This document shows, piece after piece, positions 59,735 to 64,000 of a DNA stretch of 64,000 bases. The notes under the pieces are model-generated. The model made no database searches and was not told the DNA's origin. It saw only the letters and a list, made by a program, of their open reading frames with translations. Within the stretch, counting starts at the first letter, position 1; each line of letters begins with the position of its first letter. The position numbers and the translations under genes were made by a program. Source of the DNA: Gammaproteobacteria bacterium (GTDB lineage: Bacteria > Pseudomonadota > Gammaproteobacteria > Eutrophobiales > Eutrophobiaceae); assembly GCA_965222155.1 (NCBI GenBank), contig CBDCTH010000012.1, positions 864,001 through 928,000 on the forward strand. The letters run 5' to 3'.

Positions 59735-60901
59735 TCAATTATTGGAAAAAATCCGGTTGACTTGATCGTATTTCAGCGCGGTGATGGTATCACTGAACTC
59801 AAAAAAATCACCGGCATATACCAGGTAAGAACGAGTCACTGCGGGAGACAGGGAAGCCATTCTCTTCAACCCTTTTAACAGAGAGGCCGTATAGGTAGCA
59901 CTCGATTTTACCTCGATAGCCACCAGTTCTCTGCCGCTTTGGAAAAGAATATCCACTTCGTTGCCGTTGTTATCCCTGTAAAAGTACAGGTTTGGCAATT
60001 TGCCTTGATTGGCTCGGGTTTTAAGACATTCAATGACAACCAGATTCTCAAACATCTGCCCCAGCAGGGGGTCTCTGAACACCTGTTCTGGTTTCTCAAT
60101 ACCCAGTAAAAATGCCAACAGTCCGGTATCGATAAAATAATACTTGGGGGATTTCACCACGCGTTTACCAAAATTGTCAAAATAGGGGGACAGCTTATAG
60201 ACAATAAAAGAAGCCTCCAGGATTGAGAGCCAATGTTTCACTGTTTTTGCGCTGACTCCGACGTCGTTTGCGAGCAAGGTAAAATCCATCAATTGACCAA
60301 CACGACCAGCCAGTAGCTTCATGAATTTTTCAAACAGGGAAAAATCCTTGAGGTTGATCAATTGTCTTACGTCGCGCTCCACGTAGGTCTGGTAATAATT
60401 TGACCAGGCCGGCGTGGGACGCTGATGTTGATCATAGATACGCGGTAGAAAGCCCTGGTAGATGAATTCCTCCGGCAAATCAAAGGAGACACCCGCATCA
60501 AACAGCTCAGCAATGGAAAAAGGAAACAGGTTAAGGATACTGGTTCTTCCCGCAAGTGACTGGGTAATCGCTTCTCGTAACGCTAACTGGTGGGAGCCGG
60601 TCAGTACAAACTGGCCATTACGCGGATTGTTATCTACGATTACCTGGATATAACTGAGCAGGTCCGGCACTCTTTGAATTTCGTCAATGATAGCATCGCT
60701 TTTGAACCGCGCCAGAAAGGCCTTGGGATCATCTGTGGCTACCTGTCGGATTTCAGGTGTTTCAAGGTTGCAATATTCGTAGCTATCCAACATCCCGCGC
60801 GCAAGTGTCGTTTTTCCCGCCTGTCTTGGACCTAGAATGGTCACTACCGGGTATTCACCAAGCAGTTTTTCAAGTTCACCGATAATATGCCGGTTAATCA
60901 T
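59735..60901 (-). CDS. AAA+ ATPase with DUF4143 domain
   Basis: GPRQAGKTT, IDEIQ, LTGS, SLAGR, EVD...AIEVK. Confidence 0.9.
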   Translation of the reverse strand: MINRHIIGELEKLLGEYPVVTILGPRQAGKTTLARGMLDSYEYCNLETPEIRQVATDDPKAFLARFKSDAIIDEIQRVPDLLSYIQVIVDNNPRNGQFVLTGSHQLALREAITQSLAGRTSILNLFPFSIAELFDAGVSFDLPEEFIYQGFLPRIYDQHQRPTPAWSNYYQTYVERDVRQLINLKDFSLFEKFMKLLAGRVGQLMDFTLLANDVGVSAKTVKHWLSILEASFIVYKLSPYFDNFGKRVVKSPKYYFIDTGLLAFLLGIEKPEQVFRDPLLGQMFENLVVIECLKTRANQGKLPNLYFYRDNNGNEVDILFQSGRELVAIEVKSSATYTASLLKGLKRMASLSPAVTRSYLVYAGDFFEFSDTITALKYDQVNRIFSNN

Positions 60902-61369
60902 TCAGCTATTCTATTTCATACGATATAGGACTTCAAGTCCCATTTTGTATAAAATATATCCATATTCCTTGAAAATAAGTACTTGATTTACCGAATTTCA
61001 AGGTAAATGTATGGATAACGTTGATTTGAAAGGTAACAGGGACAGAGATTTAATTCTTTCCCCTATTTTACACTCAGGAATGCTTGGTCCCTTTCATAGG
61101 CGTCAGAACGTAAAACTCACCTACCTGGGCGCTGGTTTTGTTTATCTGTGCGGTGGTTTCCCGCCGTGATGCGCTGATGTCATTGTGTAACCAAGCGAAC
61201 AGCCCGATGGTCAGGCCGGCATGTGCAATAAAGGGCGTTTCGCCCTCCACGAGGGCAGGATGCCCTCGAACCCGGGAGTTAGCGGGAGCCGCTGTTTGTT
61301 TCTTGTGTAAATTCCCCCGAATTGTGCCATACTGTAACCCTGTTTCGTGCAAACAGGAGGAGCAACCCT

Positions 61370-62131
61370 ATGAGCGTCGCCGCTGAAACCATCCTGGCCG
61401 ACCCGCGTTGTCTGGTGTCCGAGCGGGAGACGCTGACACCCCGCAAGAACTCCCTGGGTTCGGCGTACCTGGCGTTTCATACCGATCGCGAGACAGTCCT
61501 GAACCTCGCCCGATTGCACTTGGAGGACGCCTTCCGTCGGGTAGTGCTGGATCCGATGCACGGCCTGGTTATGCTGATGGCCCCAGGTCCGATACATGAA
61601 GGGATTGCGGGGTATATTGACAACGTAGTACAGGAAACCGCGGAGGCCCTGGACTTGGGCAATGATTCCCTGCGCTCCACCCGCTGGCGGCGGTCGTCGG
61701 ACCCGCAGAACACCGGCGCCGAACCGGACTGCTGTTATTACCTGGGGGCGAATGCACTGACTTACCAGGAACTTCGGGAGGAGGAGGACGCGCAGGCCAT
61801 CGCCTGGACCCTGTCACATCCCCCGGACCTGGTGGTCGAGGTGGGGCTCACCCATATCGATCGGGACAAGCAGGAACTCTATCGGAGGCTGGGCGTACCG
61901 GAGTACTGGCAGGTGGACCGGTCGTCCGACAGGGCATTCACCGTCACCTTCCTGGACTTACAGGCGGGCGGCGGGCCGGCTTCCCTGGCGATATCCGCAA
62001 TACTGCCCGGGTTGACACCGGCGGCGCTTGGCGCGGCAGTACAGGCGCTGGTGCAACGCCGTTCTCAAAAACGCCGGGAAGTGGTGCTGGCGGTACTGCG
62101 GGAACACGGGGTGGTTGAACAGATACCGTAA
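61370..62131 (+). CDS. Uma2 (DUF820) family endonuclease
   Basis: PGPIHE, AEPDCCYY, PPDLVVEV and LGVPEYW; AGGAGG RBS. Confidence 0.88.
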   Translation: MSVAAETILADPRCLVSERETLTPRKNSLGSAYLAFHTDRETVLNLARLHLEDAFRRVVLDPMHGLVMLMAPGPIHEGIAGYIDNVVQETAEALDLGNDSLRSTRWRRSSDPQNTGAEPDCCYYLGANALTYQELREEEDAQAIAWTLSHPPDLVVEVGLTHIDRDKQELYRRLGVPEYWQVDRSSDRAFTVTFLDLQAGGGPASLAISAILPGLTPAALGAAVQALVQRRSQKRREVVLAVLREHGVVEQIP

Positions 62132-62423
62132 CTTTACTTGGGTCTTCCCTGAATCTGGTGGCTAACTGTCGGCTTGGCGCTGTCCGGGTTTACCCTAATC
62201 CCGCATTAGAAAGTGCGGGAATCAAAAAAGCCTTGTCTGTATAATTATAATAAGGAGTTATAGTCAACTATGGGCATTGGGACTCATGTTTAAATACAAG
62301 ATGCCAGACCTTATTATCTGTTCTTAACAATTGTAGATAACCGCTTGACAACATTGTACTTTCCACTTACTATTCAAAAAGAATTCGGTTACCAGCCACC
62401 TGATAGCATGGGAGAAAGAGATT

Positions 62424-64000
62424 ATGGCAACTGTAAATGAGAGCAACTCGGCATCGTTGGATGCGGCTGCGGGCATCGCAACCAGGTACGAGATGTCCGT
62501 TGGCGATACGTTCAACGGCAACCTTGACGGCAAGCCCGATGAAGATTGGATCAGGATCGACCTGGGCAAGGGAAAAACCTATCAAATTACCCTTTCCGGT
62601 CGCGGTTCGGCTCCCGACAAGGCAGAGGACACCATCCTGAAGCTCCTCAATTCCAAGGGTGGTGTCATTGGTGAGAATGATGATATCGACACCATAAAAG
62701 GGATCTTCGATTCACAGCTGATGTTTGCCGCGAAAACCAGCGGCGTCTATTACATCAGCGCCAGCAGTTTTACGGCCAACCCGAATAAGGACAACTCCGG
62801 CGCTTACACGATAATGGTCAAAGAGATCGAGGTGGACACGCCGACTACGCCTGTGACCCCATCGACAGACACTGGCGACGCTATCAACGGCACCCCCGGC
62901 AACAACACACTGAACGGCACCAACCAGGGAGATACCCTCAACGGATTGGGCGGCAACGACACACTGAACGGGCGCGGCGGCAACGACACCCTGGATGGCG
63001 GCGCCGGCAACGATACCTTGAATGGCGGCGCCGACGCCGACGTATTGATCGGTGGCGGGGGTACTGATACCGCGTCTTACGCGGGTTCCAGCGCTGGCGT
63101 CGTGGTGCGCCTGCATTCTCTCCAGGCACAGGGTGGTGACGCTCAGGGTGACAGCTTCGGCCGTACGATCAGCCAGACCTACACCGACAAAGGCAGCTCT
63201 GTCACGGTACAAGTACCGGATATCATCCACCTGAAGGGCTCTGACGCCAACGATACGCTGGCCGGCGACGTCAGGGCCAATACTCTGCGCGGCGGACGTG
63301 GCGACGATATCTTGTTCGGCGGGCCGGGCGGCGACGCGACCAATGCTGACAAGATGTACGGCGAGGACGGTAACGACAAGATATACGGCGGACGCGGTGG
63401 TGATCACTTATACGGTGGCGCCGGCAATGACTTTTTGTATGGCGGTAACGACAATGACACCCTCAGGGGCGGCGCCGGCAATGACTTTTTGTATGGCGGC
63501 AACGACAATGACACCCTCAGGGGCGACGCCGGCAGAGACGACCTGCGCGGCGAAGCTGGCGGCGATATCCTGTATGGTGGCGACGATGATGACAAACTGT
63601 ATGGTGGCGACGGTGATGACAAACTGTATGGCGGCGACGATGATGACACCCTGTATGGCGGCGCCGGCAGGGACGACCTGAGTGGCGATGAGGGGGACGA
63701 CAACCTGGTGGGTGGCGCCGGCAGGGACGAGTTGGAAGGCGAGGAGGGCGATGACATCCTGGATGGCGGCAGCGACGATGACACCCTGGTAGGCGGCCCG
63801 GGTAAAGACACCTTCAAGTTCAGCCCCGGTAACGACGAAGACCTGATTGAAGACTTTACCCCCGGTGAGGACAAGATTGACCTGCGCGGTTTCAGCAGCA
63901 TCGATGCCATGTCGGATTTGACGATTGAACAGCAGGGAAGCAATGTCGAGATCAGCCTGCCCGGCCGCGGTGAGATTATTCTTGAAGGCATATCTGAGGG
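62424..64000 (+). CDS. RTX-type calcium-binding protein with N-terminal PPC-like domain (runs off window)
   Basis: Open frame from ATG 62424 (MATVNESNSASLDAAA...DEDWIRIDL...ENDD) with many GGxGNDxLxG nonapeptides; missing from the ORF track because it has no stop. Confidence 0.9.
   Translation, partial: MATVNESNSASLDAAAGIATRYEMSVGDTFNGNLDGKPDEDWIRIDLGKGKTYQITLSGRGSAPDKAEDTILKLLNSKGGVIGENDDIDTIKGIFDSQLMFAAKTSGVYYISASSFTANPNKDNSGAYTIMVKEIEVDTPTTPVTPSTDTGDAINGTPGNNTLNGTNQGDTLNGLGGNDTLNGRGGNDTLDGGAGNDTLNGGADADVLIGGGGTDTASYAGSSAGVVVRLHSLQAQGGDAQGDSFGRTISQTYTDKGSSVTVQVPDIIHLKGSDANDTLAGDVRANTLRGGRGDDILFGGPGGDATNADKMYGEDGNDKIYGGRGGDHLYGGAGNDFLYGGNDNDTLRGGAGNDFLYGGNDNDTLRGDAGRDDLRGEAGGDILYGGDDDDKLYGGDGDDKLYGGDDDDTLYGGAGRDDLSGDEGDDNLVGGAGRDELEGEEGDDILDGGSDDDTLVGGPGKDTFKFSPGNDEDLIEDFTPGEDKIDLRGFSSIDAMSDLTIEQQGSNVEISLPGRGEIILEGISE

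Noticed and set aside
61074-61290. Short minus-strand ORF with a hydrophobic patch
   Set aside because: Partly built from a repeat shared with about 20248-20291; at most a small gene remnant that I cannot support
62712-63991. Minus-strand and alternate-frame ORFs at the window end
   Set aside because: Shadows of the + strand RTX gene starting at 62424

Overview
Chromosomal window of a gammaproteobacterium (rplM-rpsI, recQ, coq7, degQ, oxyR, class I fumarase, mmsA, acnA, moaB, mazG, ispA-xseB, rubrerythrin cluster, parE). The core genes are interleaved with many toxin-antitoxin/defence modules, gene fragments and several families of palindromic repeats. Main points: (1) a collapsed type II-C CRISPR-Cas9 locus retaining a tracrRNA, 124 codons of cas9, one 30-nt spacer and one 36-nt repeat; (2) an aniline-dioxygenase-like Rieske alpha/beta pair and a TdnQ/AtdA1-like glutamine-synthetase homolog, split by a defence island and facing an uncharacterised five-gene metabolic operon; (3) a layered set of small mobile palindromes: inverted-repeat elements carrying a GxxExxY gene remnant, GGGG(A/T)CA-ended elements with a RAYT remnant, CGTC-type REPs expanded into tandem arrays, and a ~27-bp hairpin inserted inside other hairpins; (4) diverged 3'-end duplicates of the TdnQ-like gene and of parE; (5) a ~310-nt candidate structured RNA. 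The window ends inside an RTX-type calcium-binding protein. All calls come from motif recognition by eye; no searches were run.
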